Source: an archaeon GW2011_AR15
GTDB lineage: Archaea > Nanobdellota > Nanobdellia > Woesearchaeales > GW2011-AR15
Length of the DNA stretch: 64,000 nucleotides
NCBI GenBank assembly: GCA_000830295.1
Contig: CP010425.1
Coordinates: forward strand, 806,884-870,883
Direction of reading: 5' to 3'
Shown: one piece after another, positions 18,829 through 28,243 of the stretch
How positions within the stretch are numbered: the stretch's first letter is position 1
Layout: each line of letters opens with the position of its first letter
Translations under genes and position numbers: made by a program
The notes under the pieces: model-generated
Told to the model about the DNA's origin: nothing
Seen by the model: the letters and a program-made list of their open reading frames with translations, nothing else
The model's database searches: none

Positions 18829-21800
18829 CTAGGATAATATCTTTAATTTTTTCTTCACCTCTGCTGGTTTTTTCTTTGCCTGCTCATCATAAAGATTCAC
18901 GAGGGGAGTCTGCACGCCAAGTTCTTTGCAGAGTGCTGCTATCCTCTTTACCCTTTCTTTCCTTATCTCATAAGTGTTAGTCAGATCTGAAGTATGCCAC
19001 TTGTAAAACCCGTCATTTTCATTAGGCACAACAATTCCTGCCTTTTCCGGCTCGGCTGTAAGATTTGTTCCTGCTATTAATAAACATGGAGTAAGGCTTG
19101 AAATCATCTTTATATATTTGGCGTGGCTCTTTACAAAATCATAAGTTTCCATAAATTCTTTTTCGCCTTCACCAGGGTATCCGATTATAAGGTTTATGCC
19201 GATAGTTATTCCTGCATTGTGCATCCTCGGCAGCAGGTCCTGCAGATGTTTCATCCTGTAGGGCTTGTTCATTTTCTCAAGCACGGTATCAGAGCAGCTT
19301 TCAACACCGAACACCATCACTCTACAGCCGGCCATCCTCATTTTCCTCAAAAGCTGGTCTGACATTCTTGAGTTTACAATTCCCTGGGCAGACCAGTTTA
19401 CCTCCAGGTTCCTCTTTATTATATGGTTGCAGATCTCTTCCAGAGCCTTCAGATTCCCGTTGATGACAAGGTCCCTGAAATTAAAGCTGTTAACCCCGTA
19501 GTTTTTTATGTGCATCTCCATCTCATCCACGACATCCTTGGCAGGCCTTGCAGTGTAATTTGCCCTGTACATCCAGTCAAGGCAGAAATTGCATCTTGCG
19601 ACACATCCCCTGCTGGCTATCATAGGAAGGGAATTTTCTTTGTATTTTTTCAGGTTAAATTCCATAAAAGTAGGAGATGCCAGTTCTCCAAGGTCCTTTT
19701 CAAAATGCCATGGATGCATCTTCTCTTTTTCTTTTCTCGGGCCTAATTCCCCAGAGCTGTTGGCTTTTAACACAACCACGCCAGGCAAGTCTTCAATCGG
19801 CTGATTTTCTTTTAATCTTTGGACTATTCTCGGCATCATTAACTCCGCTTCCCCTATCACAGCGAAGTCAATATAATCCTTCATTTCAGACTGCCAGAAA
19901 TAGCCATCGTCGCTGTTAGGGCCGCCTATGCATATCTTTAGCTCAGGATTGTTTTTCTTGAGGATCTTTGCCAGCATGCATGAAAAATTATAATTAGCAG
20001 CATTTACAGACAGGCCTACAAGCACAGGCTTGTCATCCATGATCCGCTTTATCATATTGTTCATATATGGTTTATAATTCTGGAAGAGGTATTCGTGGAA
20101 TTTTTCTTCAGACCATTTGAAATATTCCTCCATGTGCCATGCCCTCTTATCATTTTCAGGCGCAAGATTATAGAGGTCAATATTCATATCAAAGACTTCA
20201 GTTTTTACTCCGTGCTTTTTCAGGTTTGAAGCAAGGTATGCAATGCCGAGAGGAGGCATCAGGACATCCCACGGCGGGCACATGATGAGGAAGACGTCGG
20301 TTTTTCTCACTATCTCTTTTTCTTTATACCCGGCAAAAGCAGAGAGATTATCTTCATATACCTCAAGATTTAATTCTTTGGCAAGATTAAGTAATCTTCT
20401 TAATCTCCCTTTTCTTATGCTGTCTGTATTAGTTCCGTCTTTTGTCCTCCACCTGACTTCAGCTACACTATTATCTTCAGGCAGGATAATCCCATATTCG
20501 TCTTTGTTTTCCATGAGTTCTGAGTTGTATACAACATTGCAGGTTTTTGCATTGCAAATTCTATCAATGTACTGCCTATTTCTTTTTATGAAATCAAGGG
20601 TCATCTGGAAATCCTCTTCTGTTTCCCCAGGATAGCCTACTATGAAGTTTGGCTGGGCATTAATCCCCATTTCATAGGAATATTTCAGAACTTTCTCTAT
20701 TGTTTCAATAGTTGTGTATTTTTTCATTGCTTTCAATATCCTATCAGATCCGGTCTCAACACCGAACATCAAAACATCACACCCGGCCCGCTTCATCTTT
20801 TCCAGCAATTTCTGTGTAAGATTTTTCATTGGTATGGCATTGGCAACCCACCCTATTTTCAACTTATGACTTATAATAAGATCACAGAATTTATTTAGTT
20901 CGGGTATATTGCCATTTATCAGCAAATCACTAAAATTAAATTTAGTAATTCCTTTCTGGACATGATAATAAATCTCCTGGAATACCTGCTCAGCAGGCCT
21001 TACCCTGAACTTTCCCATTATATTCACATCATTGCAGAAAGTACATTCTCCAATGCATCCTTTAGAAAAATAGAGGGCAATCCTCTCCTGGGCGATATAA
21101 TCTTTATTGTAGTCTATTTTCAGGGCTTTAGACTTGCTTAGGTCAAATGCTTCCCTTTCTTTAAACTTTCCTTCATGCCGGAAGATAAAAATACCGGGAA
21201 TACCTGAAATTTCAAGATAGGTTTTTTTTGCTTTTATAGCATCCACCAGTTCTATAATTGCTTCCTCTCCATCTCCAACCACAAAATAATCTATGGTTGA
21301 CTTCCTGAATCTTTCCAGTTCTCTCTTTACAGAGCATGAAGGCCCGCCGACTACAATTTTTACATTATTATCAATATTCTTAATTAATTTAGCTAATTCT
21401 ATGATCATTAATGTATTTTCCTGATAGGCGGAAAATCCGATAACTCTGGATGTCTGCACCAATTCTTTTGCAAATTCAACCAAATCCACCTTAAATCTCT
21501 TTTTTAATTCTTCAAAGAAAGGATATTCTGTCCAGTTGATTTTTAAATCCTGGTGCCAGTATTTCTGCAGGTCTTTATGGCGCCTATACAGCTTTAGATT
21601 TATATCACATATCTCCGCATTGAGTCCATGTGAAACCATATATTCTTTCAGGTAATTTACCCCAGTCGGCGGAGTATTCACTCCCCATACAGGGCAGACA
21701 ACAAGTGCCAGATCCACAGGTTCATTCTTTTTCTTGTCCTCCCCTGACTGCGATAGATTTGAGAAATACACATCATAGCCGAGCTCTTTTACAAATTCAT

Positions 21801-23130
21801 ACGCTCTTTTTGCCCTGTCTAACCTTACTTCATAAGTAAGCGTTCCGTCTGACCACGCTACAGGGTCAGTACTCGTTATTCCCAGCCTTCCGGAAGCAAG
21901 GCCTATAGGCGCTCTTTTGGGAAGAATGCAGGTATTGATGTTAGTTATACCTGTTATCACATCCCTGTTCCTTTTTATGAACTGGAGAGTCTCCTGGAAC
22001 TCCTCTTCCGTCTCTCCAGGATAGCCGACTATAAAGTTTGGCTGCACATTGATTCCTGCCTCCCTTGTCCACTTCATTATCCTTTCTGCATCTTCTGCTG
22101 AAAACATCTCATACTTATTCATCTTCTTGAGCACAGAGTTTGAGCCTGACTCAATCCCGAAATTAATAGTGTAGCAGCCGGCGTCCGCCATTTTGAAGAG
22201 AAGCTCTTTCGGCATGTCCTTTCTTGCAATGGCCAGGCATATCCATTTTATTTTCAGGTTGTTTCCGATTATCAGGTTGCATAATTTTTCCAGTTCTTCA
22301 TAGTTTCCGTTTATTGCAAGGTCATGGAACCAAAAATGTGCAATCCTGTTTACATAGGCATGATATCTTAGTTCATTATAGACATCGACTGGGTCTCTTG
22401 TCCTGTGGTGGCCCTGGAACGGCTTGTCCTCACAGAATCCGCAGTTTGCTATGCATCCCTGTGAGAACCTCATGCCTATTGTCTTTTCAGTATATCTGGA
22501 CAGGTCGAGTTCTTCATAGGTAGGGAAGGGAAGTTTTTCCAGGTCAATAAGCTGTCTTGGAGCATATTTCTCAGGATATTTGCTTGATTTCAGACCTTTT
22601 ATTTCTGATAGTTGCTCAATAGATTTTCCTCTCTTTATTCCCTGCATAAGCTCAAGAATTGTATCCTCTCCTTCCCCAACAACAAAAAAATCAGCATAAT
22701 CCTTGTAATATTCCCTTTCTTCAGGCAGCCATACGCCCTTCCCGCCGAGGATTATTTTTATGTCTTTGTCTAGGAATTTTACAGATTTCATCAGCTCAAA
22801 GGAGTAGAAAATGCTTGCTGCGGATATTGAAAACCCAAGGGCAAGCGGTTTTTCATCCGCTATTCTTCTGGCGAGTTTCTCAAAATCAAACTTCAGCAGA
22901 GGCTTCAGCTTTTCAAACCTGTCTTTCTCCATCCAGAAATGGGCTTTTTCGTTTATCCAGTATCCCTTATCCTTTGCCCGATGATATTCCTCTATATTCA
23001 GGTCCAGTATCTTTGTTGCTATGTCATTTACCCTAAGGTATCTGGAGATGGATGCCAGGCTCATCGGAGGCATGTTTATTCCCCATACAGGGCACTGAAT
23101 CAGGAGTATATCCGGTTGTATGCATATCAC
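18829..23130 (-). CDS. Triple-module cobalamin-binding radical SAM fusion protein (three complete B12-binding plus radical SAM units in one 1433-aa polypeptide)
   Basis: Three CxxxCxxC cores spaced ~470 aa apart: SQGCIANCGFCEDKPFQGHHRTR, SKGCIGECTFCNDVNIMGKFRVR, SRGCVARCNFCLDWMYRANYTAR. Each is preceded by a class-B N-terminal motif (LIQCPVWGINMPP, LVVCPVWGVNTPP, LIMCPPWDVLMPP). The reading frame is uninterrupted. Confidence 0.75.
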   Translation of the reverse strand: MICIQPDILLIQCPVWGINMPPMSLASISRYLRVNDIATKILDLNIEEYHRAKDKGYWINEKAHFWMEKDRFEKLKPLLKFDFEKLARRIADEKPLALGFSISAASIFYSFELMKSVKFLDKDIKIILGGKGVWLPEEREYYKDYADFFVVGEGEDTILELMQGIKRGKSIEQLSEIKGLKSSKYPEKYAPRQLIDLEKLPFPTYEELDLSRYTEKTIGMRFSQGCIANCGFCEDKPFQGHHRTRDPVDVYNELRYHAYVNRIAHFWFHDLAINGNYEELEKLCNLIIGNNLKIKWICLAIARKDMPKELLFKMADAGCYTINFGIESGSNSVLKKMNKYEMFSAEDAERIMKWTREAGINVQPNFIVGYPGETEEEFQETLQFIKRNRDVITGITNINTCILPKRAPIGLASGRLGITSTDPVAWSDGTLTYEVRLDRAKRAYEFVKELGYDVYFSNLSQSGEDKKKNEPVDLALVVCPVWGVNTPPTGVNYLKEYMVSHGLNAEICDINLKLYRRHKDLQKYWHQDLKINWTEYPFFEELKKRFKVDLVEFAKELVQTSRVIGFSAYQENTLMIIELAKLIKNIDNNVKIVVGGPSCSVKRELERFRKSTIDYFVVGDGEEAIIELVDAIKAKKTYLEISGIPGIFIFRHEGKFKEREAFDLSKSKALKIDYNKDYIAQERIALYFSKGCIGECTFCNDVNIMGKFRVRPAEQVFQEIYYHVQKGITKFNFSDLLINGNIPELNKFCDLIISHKLKIGWVANAIPMKNLTQKLLEKMKRAGCDVLMFGVETGSDRILKAMKKYTTIETIEKVLKYSYEMGINAQPNFIVGYPGETEEDFQMTLDFIKRNRQYIDRICNAKTCNVVYNSELMENKDEYGIILPEDNSVAEVRWRTKDGTNTDSIRKGRLRRLLNLAKELNLEVYEDNLSAFAGYKEKEIVRKTDVFLIMCPPWDVLMPPLGIAYLASNLKKHGVKTEVFDMNIDLYNLAPENDKRAWHMEEYFKWSEEKFHEYLFQNYKPYMNNMIKRIMDDKPVLVGLSVNAANYNFSCMLAKILKKNNPELKICIGGPNSDDGYFWQSEMKDYIDFAVIGEAELMMPRIVQRLKENQPIEDLPGVVVLKANSSGELGPRKEKEKMHPWHFEKDLGELASPTFMEFNLKKYKENSLPMIASRGCVARCNFCLDWMYRANYTARPAKDVVDEMEMHIKNYGVNSFNFRDLVINGNLKALEEICNHIIKRNLEVNWSAQGIVNSRMSDQLLRKMRMAGCRVMVFGVESCSDTVLEKMNKPYRMKHLQDLLPRMHNAGITIGINLIIGYPGEGEKEFMETYDFVKSHAKYIKMISSLTPCLLIAGTNLTAEPEKAGIVVPNENDGFYKWHTSDLTNTYEIRKERVKRIAALCKELGVQTPLVNLYDEQAKKKPAEVKKKLKILS

Positions 23131-23204
23131 CCTCAGCTACAGAATACTTAGGATTTTATATAATATACGAAAAACATAAATAAACTTAATTTAATTAAGT
23201 AGTC
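23131..23204. promoter_or_regulatory. AT-rich divergent intergenic region with a TATA-like box, likely bidirectional promoter
   Basis: 74-bp gap between the divergent starts of the 1433-aa radical SAM gene (-) and the AsnB-like gene (+). Contains ggattttatataatatacg (TATA-box-like) at 23151-23169. Confidence 0.35.
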
Positions 23205-25070
23205 ATGGGGTTTTTTGGAGGTATTGTCTTAAAAGACAGGAATCTACCTGCCGGGCTGCTCACAAAACCGGAGAAAATCGGGGAGTTACGGTTCAGCGCC
23301 GGCAAAAAACTGGTCAAAAAGAGGAATTTGGCCGTATACTTATCAGGAAGCATAACAGACTTGTTTACAGAAGATTACAAGCTGCCGCTTAACCATCAGG
23401 AAGAGCTTATTTTGGATATGTATACCAGATATGGCGAGAAATTCATCAGATTCCTTGATGGTTATTTCGTAATTTTTGTTTATGATATTAAAAGAGGAGA
23501 GTTCTTTATATTTAATAACAGGTATTCAAACACTTTTTGCTATTACTATCTCTCTGATGATTTTCTTGTTTTCTCTGATATGATTAAGCCCCTGCTTAAG
23601 CTAACCCCAAATAAAGAAGTCAATAAAGAGGTAATAAGCCTTTTCCTGAATTCAGGATTCTCTTTCTCTGAAAGAACCCCATTTAAGCATATCTACAGGA
23701 TGATACCCGGCTTCTATCTTAAATCAAAGAAAGGCAAAATAAGCCATGTCAGGTATTCAGGAATGGAGTTTAACAGGAGACCAGTTAAAGATGTGCCAAG
23801 GGCGCTGGAAGAGTACGAAAGACTATGGGTAGATGCCATAAAAAAATTTACAAAATATAATAAGACCGGGAATCTCGGAAGTGCGCTTAGCGGAGGCCTC
23901 GACACTTCATGGGTTGTGCTGGCAGCCTCAAAAGCATTTGACAAGCCGGTCCATACATACAACTGCTACTATGATTTCACTCTTTTTAATGAAATCAGAC
24001 CTGCTTCTTATGTCACAAGAAAATGCAAAGGAAAATTCCACAAGATAAAGGTTTCTGAGGAGGATATAGATCTTTGGCCTGAGATAATAAGGGCTGCTGA
24101 GGAGCCAGTCATGTCATCTTCTGTTTCCATATATAAAATGATAAGGGAAGCAGGGAAGGAAATCGATACTTTCCTCACAGGAGATGGGGGGAACAACATA
24201 TATCACCACCTTTATCCGGTCGGGGAGATACATAGATATATCCACTTCCTGCCATATTTTGTCAGGAAAGCGATGTATGAAATTATTGATTTTACCGCAA
24301 ATCTTACAAGCTGGGAAAGGCTATGGGAGCTGAAATATGCATTCCGCCCGTTTTCATATAAAAACCCCTATCGGAATTTCTATAAGAACCTGATATGCTA
24401 CAGGCACTTCAGCCCTGAGCAGAGAGATAAGCTGCTTAACCCAGAGTTCCACGAGGAGTTTGATGAAGAAAAATCATTGGGCTATATCCCAATCAGGAAG
24501 GAAAGTTTTGATAATGATCTTGTTGACAACAGATTCGTGCACGGGAATATGGAATATGTAAGCACATTCCAGGAGAAATTTGTAAAGAAATTCGGCATGA
24601 GGCTGTTCCCGCCATACCAGAATAAGAAAATAATGGATTTTCTCTGCTCCCTTCCTTTTAATTTGTTATTCAGGGCCAACAGTCTTCAGAAGCTTACCAA
24701 TAAAGCAAACAAGATGCATTTCCAGAAGCTCTCTCTGTTAAGGTATTTCCCTAAGTCCTTTGTCTACAAAACAGGACAGCCCTTTGACCAGCCCTTTCAC
24801 GGATGGCTGCAGAGAAGGCCTGAAGTCGTAAGATTGCTCTTCGAAAGATTGAAAAGAAGAGGATGGTATAATAATGATTATTTGGATGAACTTTACAGAG
24901 AGCATAGGAGACAGCGCCAGCATAAAAAAATACTCTGCCAGCTCCAGAACCATGGATACAGAATAATGACTCTGCTTGCTCTCGAGATATGGTGTATGGA
25001 ATTCCTTGACAGGGACCCGGAAAAAGAAACCCAGAGGATGCCGCTTGAGGAGTATCTGAAAATAAGATGA
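23205..25070 (+). CDS. Asparagine-synthetase-like PP-loop amidotransferase lacking the glutaminase nucleophile
   Basis: Starts MGFFGG, with Gly where AsnB has Cys2. Keeps the PP-loop ALSGGLDTSWVV. 621 aa. Confidence 0.65.
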   Translation: MGFFGGIVLKDRNLPAGLLTKPEKIGELRFSAGKKLVKKRNLAVYLSGSITDLFTEDYKLPLNHQEELILDMYTRYGEKFIRFLDGYFVIFVYDIKRGEFFIFNNRYSNTFCYYYLSDDFLVFSDMIKPLLKLTPNKEVNKEVISLFLNSGFSFSERTPFKHIYRMIPGFYLKSKKGKISHVRYSGMEFNRRPVKDVPRALEEYERLWVDAIKKFTKYNKTGNLGSALSGGLDTSWVVLAASKAFDKPVHTYNCYYDFTLFNEIRPASYVTRKCKGKFHKIKVSEEDIDLWPEIIRAAEEPVMSSSVSIYKMIREAGKEIDTFLTGDGGNNIYHHLYPVGEIHRYIHFLPYFVRKAMYEIIDFTANLTSWERLWELKYAFRPFSYKNPYRNFYKNLICYRHFSPEQRDKLLNPEFHEEFDEEKSLGYIPIRKESFDNDLVDNRFVHGNMEYVSTFQEKFVKKFGMRLFPPYQNKKIMDFLCSLPFNLLFRANSLQKLTNKANKMHFQKLSLLRYFPKSFVYKTGQPFDQPFHGWLQRRPEVVRLLFERLKRRGWYNNDYLDELYREHRRQRQHKKILCQLQNHGYRIMTLLALEIWCMEFLDRDPEKETQRMPLEEYLKIR

Positions 25071-26506
25071 AAAAAATGAAAGTCATGTTTGTAATTTCTC
25101 CAGACAGCAACAAGGGGAGATATATCTTCAAAAATACAAATATAGACTCTTTTCTTCCTCTCGGCATAGCCCAGCTTTCTGCTGTATTAAAGGAAGGAGG
25201 CCATGAGACAAAAGCTGTTGACCTCAGGATTACAAGGAAACTAACCCAGGCGGTCATGGAATTCCAGCCGGACATTATCTCAGTTTCATCATATTTCAGC
25301 TCAATAGCCCGTCTTCAGAAGCTGTGCAGGTTCCTGAAATCCAGATTTGATACCCACATTGTTCTTGGCGGAATCCATCCTTCATTATACCCGATTACGA
25401 TATTTGACGACAATGCCTCAACAGACTACATTCTTGATGACTCCATTGATTTTGTAATAACAGGCGAGGGAGAAGTTGTTTTTCCCCAGCTCCTGGAAAA
25501 CCTCCAGAAGAAAAAATTCAGAAACATACCCGGGCTCTATTACAGGAAGAAAAATAAATGGATAAAAAACAAGGGAAGGCCGCTTGTAGAAGACCTTGAT
25601 AAACTTCCTTTTCCTGATTTTGATATCTTTGAATTGAAATATTATGTCCCCAATCCAAAACATTACAAAAGGACGCCGGTAATGTCGATGTCAGCAAGCA
25701 GGGGCTGCACCTGGGGCAGATGCACTTTCTGCTGGCAGTCGCATCTGGACGGATATTACAGAAAGCAGTCTCCTGAAAGAGTAGTTGCAGAGATAAAGCA
25801 TGCTGTTGAAAAATATGGGGTCAGGGAGATAAGATTCTGGGATGACACATTCCTCCACAAGCATTCATGGATCTTGAGATTCTGCGACCTGATGATTAAA
25901 GAGAAGCTTGGCGTCATATGGAGCTGCCACGAGCGTGTCAGCGTGGTTACCCGGGAAATCCTGAAAAAGATGGCCAAAGCAGGATGCTGGCAGGTGCTTT
26001 ATGGCATTGAGTCAGGGTACAAAGCCCTTCTTCAGGATGTAAATAAGGGGATAACAGTTGAACAGGCAAAAAGGGCAGTAAAATGGACCCAGGATGCAGG
26101 CATGGAAGCGAGAGTATCTTTTATACTCGGCCTGCCTAATGAAACTCCGGAGATGACAGAGGAAACAATAAGATTCGCAAAAAGCCTTAATGCAGATATA
26201 ATCCAGTTCAGTCTCATGACTCCATATCCCGGGACAAAAATGTATGCAGATATAAAAAATTCAGAGGGGCTCAACAGAAACATATTTGACTATACAGAAA
26301 TACAGCCGGTTTACCTGTCCAAAGGATATAGGAGATATAGTGATCTTGAAAAGAAATTCAGGAGAGCATATAGGACAATATACCTTGATCCTGCGTATGT
26401 TTTTAGAACTTTAAAGAAAATAAAAAGCCTTGAGGATATAAAAAGATATTACAGCGGGCTGAAGGCAATGATCGGGCTGAGCTATGGCAGGAGGACCTGG
26501 AGTTAA
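25067..26506 (+). CDS. Cobalamin-binding (class B) radical SAM protein
   Basis: SASRGCTWGRCTFCWQSHLDGYYRKQ CxxxCxxC. N-terminal B12-like domain. 4-nt overlap with the upstream AsnB-like gene. Confidence 0.75.
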   Translation: MKKMKVMFVISPDSNKGRYIFKNTNIDSFLPLGIAQLSAVLKEGGHETKAVDLRITRKLTQAVMEFQPDIISVSSYFSSIARLQKLCRFLKSRFDTHIVLGGIHPSLYPITIFDDNASTDYILDDSIDFVITGEGEVVFPQLLENLQKKKFRNIPGLYYRKKNKWIKNKGRPLVEDLDKLPFPDFDIFELKYYVPNPKHYKRTPVMSMSASRGCTWGRCTFCWQSHLDGYYRKQSPERVVAEIKHAVEKYGVREIRFWDDTFLHKHSWILRFCDLMIKEKLGVIWSCHERVSVVTREILKKMAKAGCWQVLYGIESGYKALLQDVNKGITVEQAKRAVKWTQDAGMEARVSFILGLPNETPEMTEETIRFAKSLNADIIQFSLMTPYPGTKMYADIKNSEGLNRNIFDYTEIQPVYLSKGYRRYSDLEKKFRRAYRTIYLDPAYVFRTLKKIKSLEDIKRYYSGLKAMIGLSYGRRTWS

Positions 26507-28243
26507 ATGGAAGATTCAAGGAAGATACATTATTTCTTTTTGGTTCTTGTATTCCTGTTTGGGTGCTACGGGGCATATGTAAATTATAAGGTCCTGCAGG
26601 AAGACACTACCCCCTTTATTTATGATATCCTGAATAGCTATGTGACAAGCATTGATCATTACAGGTTCCTACAGCAGGGAGATATCATAGGATTTATCAA
26701 TCATTACATCACTAAATATTCACGGGACTATCCTGCACTTTATATGTTCCAGACTTTTCCTTTCTATGCTATCTTTGGGATCAGCGAAGATGCCGCAGCT
26801 ATGTCCAATACAATTTATCTTTTCATCCTTCTATTTTCAGTATATTTCATAGGAAAGAAAATGAAGAATTCCTATGCAGGTTTTCTTTCAGCTTCAATAG
26901 TACTCTTCATTCCCGGAGTGCTGTCTTTCTCCAGGGTTTACCTTCCTGACTTCGGTCTTGCAGCATTTTTTCTGTTAAGCCTGGCTCTTTTCCTTTATTC
27001 TGACTTTTTTAGAGATAGGAAGTACTCTATCCTTTTTGGGGCCTCTGCAGGGCTTGGCATGCTCATCAAATATACCTTTTTTGTGTATATTGGAGTGGCT
27101 CTGTTCATATTATACTTAAGGCATCTTAAGAACGAAAAAAAACTTCTTCTCACTAAACAGCAAAGAAGCAATCTCATGATTTCACTGTCTATTGCAGTTT
27201 TATTTATGCTATTGTGGTACCCCATGAATTTTTTAAATGCTCTTGGGTATATCACAAGAAAATCTTCTTATGATGCTACTGTGGCATTTAATGATACAGG
27301 CATATTTCAAAGATGGAATCTTGTAATGGATAGGTATGTCTTTGAGATGAATGACATGCTGGCGGGATTTGTTTATCCTGTTTTTTTGATAATAGTATTA
27401 TTACTCCTGGAAAAAGTTTTTTCCCGCCGAAAGACCCAGGAAAAGAAAACAATAGAACTGCAAGACCTGGTCTACATCTCACTTATTATTTTTTTATTCT
27501 CCCTGAATTCCACGGCATCTGTAAGATATCTAATATTTATGCTGCCTTTTGCAGCCCTGCTCATTGGAGTTTACATATACACTAAATTTGATATTTTTCT
27601 CGGTTATTTTAAGAACAGGAATGAGACAAAATTCATGGTATTTGTGCTTCTTGTACTCCTTCTTGTATCATCAGCAGGCTCATATTACAGCGCATGGCTT
27701 GAACAAAAAAAACCTGCAGAAATAGCAGATGACATATTCATATATGGACTCCAGGTGCCAAAACACCACCATAATAAGCATATAGAAATTATTGAAGCAA
27801 TAAACAGAAGAATGGAAGGACTCAACGGCCTTTCTGTGCTTTCATTCCAGGAGTCTGAGGTTATGTATATTGTATCTCATTCCAAGCACCTGTCGGGCTA
27901 CGGCTATGAATTTCCGCCTGCCTGCCTTACGACTCCAGATTACGTCGACAGGGGAAGCTGTTATATCCCGGAGGAAATAAACTGCGATTGGTATTTCCTG
28001 CAGAATGATATTATAATAGACTCAGACATCCATACAAGCATAAAGACGGCTGAAGTATGGGCCAAGTTCCCTGAAAGAAAAGAAATCCTGGACGAGATTC
28101 TTAATGTGTGGGAAAGCTGCAAGGAAAATTATATCCTGGCGGAAACAATAGAGGATGTGCCTGTTTTAACAAGCTATATCCCCAGAGAGTATACAAATTC
28201 GACATTGTATCTGTATGTGAAAAAATCCAAGCTTAGTTCTTAA
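26507..28243 (+). CDS. Polytopic membrane protein, possible GT-C (ArnT/PMT-like) glycosyltransferase
   Basis: 578 aa with ~11 predicted TM helices and a C-terminal soluble domain. Immediately follows the B12 radical SAM gene. Confidence 0.45.
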   Translation: MEDSRKIHYFFLVLVFLFGCYGAYVNYKVLQEDTTPFIYDILNSYVTSIDHYRFLQQGDIIGFINHYITKYSRDYPALYMFQTFPFYAIFGISEDAAAMSNTIYLFILLFSVYFIGKKMKNSYAGFLSASIVLFIPGVLSFSRVYLPDFGLAAFFLLSLALFLYSDFFRDRKYSILFGASAGLGMLIKYTFFVYIGVALFILYLRHLKNEKKLLLTKQQRSNLMISLSIAVLFMLLWYPMNFLNALGYITRKSSYDATVAFNDTGIFQRWNLVMDRYVFEMNDMLAGFVYPVFLIIVLLLLEKVFSRRKTQEKKTIELQDLVYISLIIFLFSLNSTASVRYLIFMLPFAALLIGVYIYTKFDIFLGYFKNRNETKFMVFVLLVLLLVSSAGSYYSAWLEQKKPAEIADDIFIYGLQVPKHHHNKHIEIIEAINRRMEGLNGLSVLSFQESEVMYIVSHSKHLSGYGYEFPPACLTTPDYVDRGSCYIPEEINCDWYFLQNDIIIDSDIHTSIKTAEVWAKFPERKEILDEILNVWESCKENYILAETIEDVPVLTSYIPREYTNSTLYLYVKKSKLSS

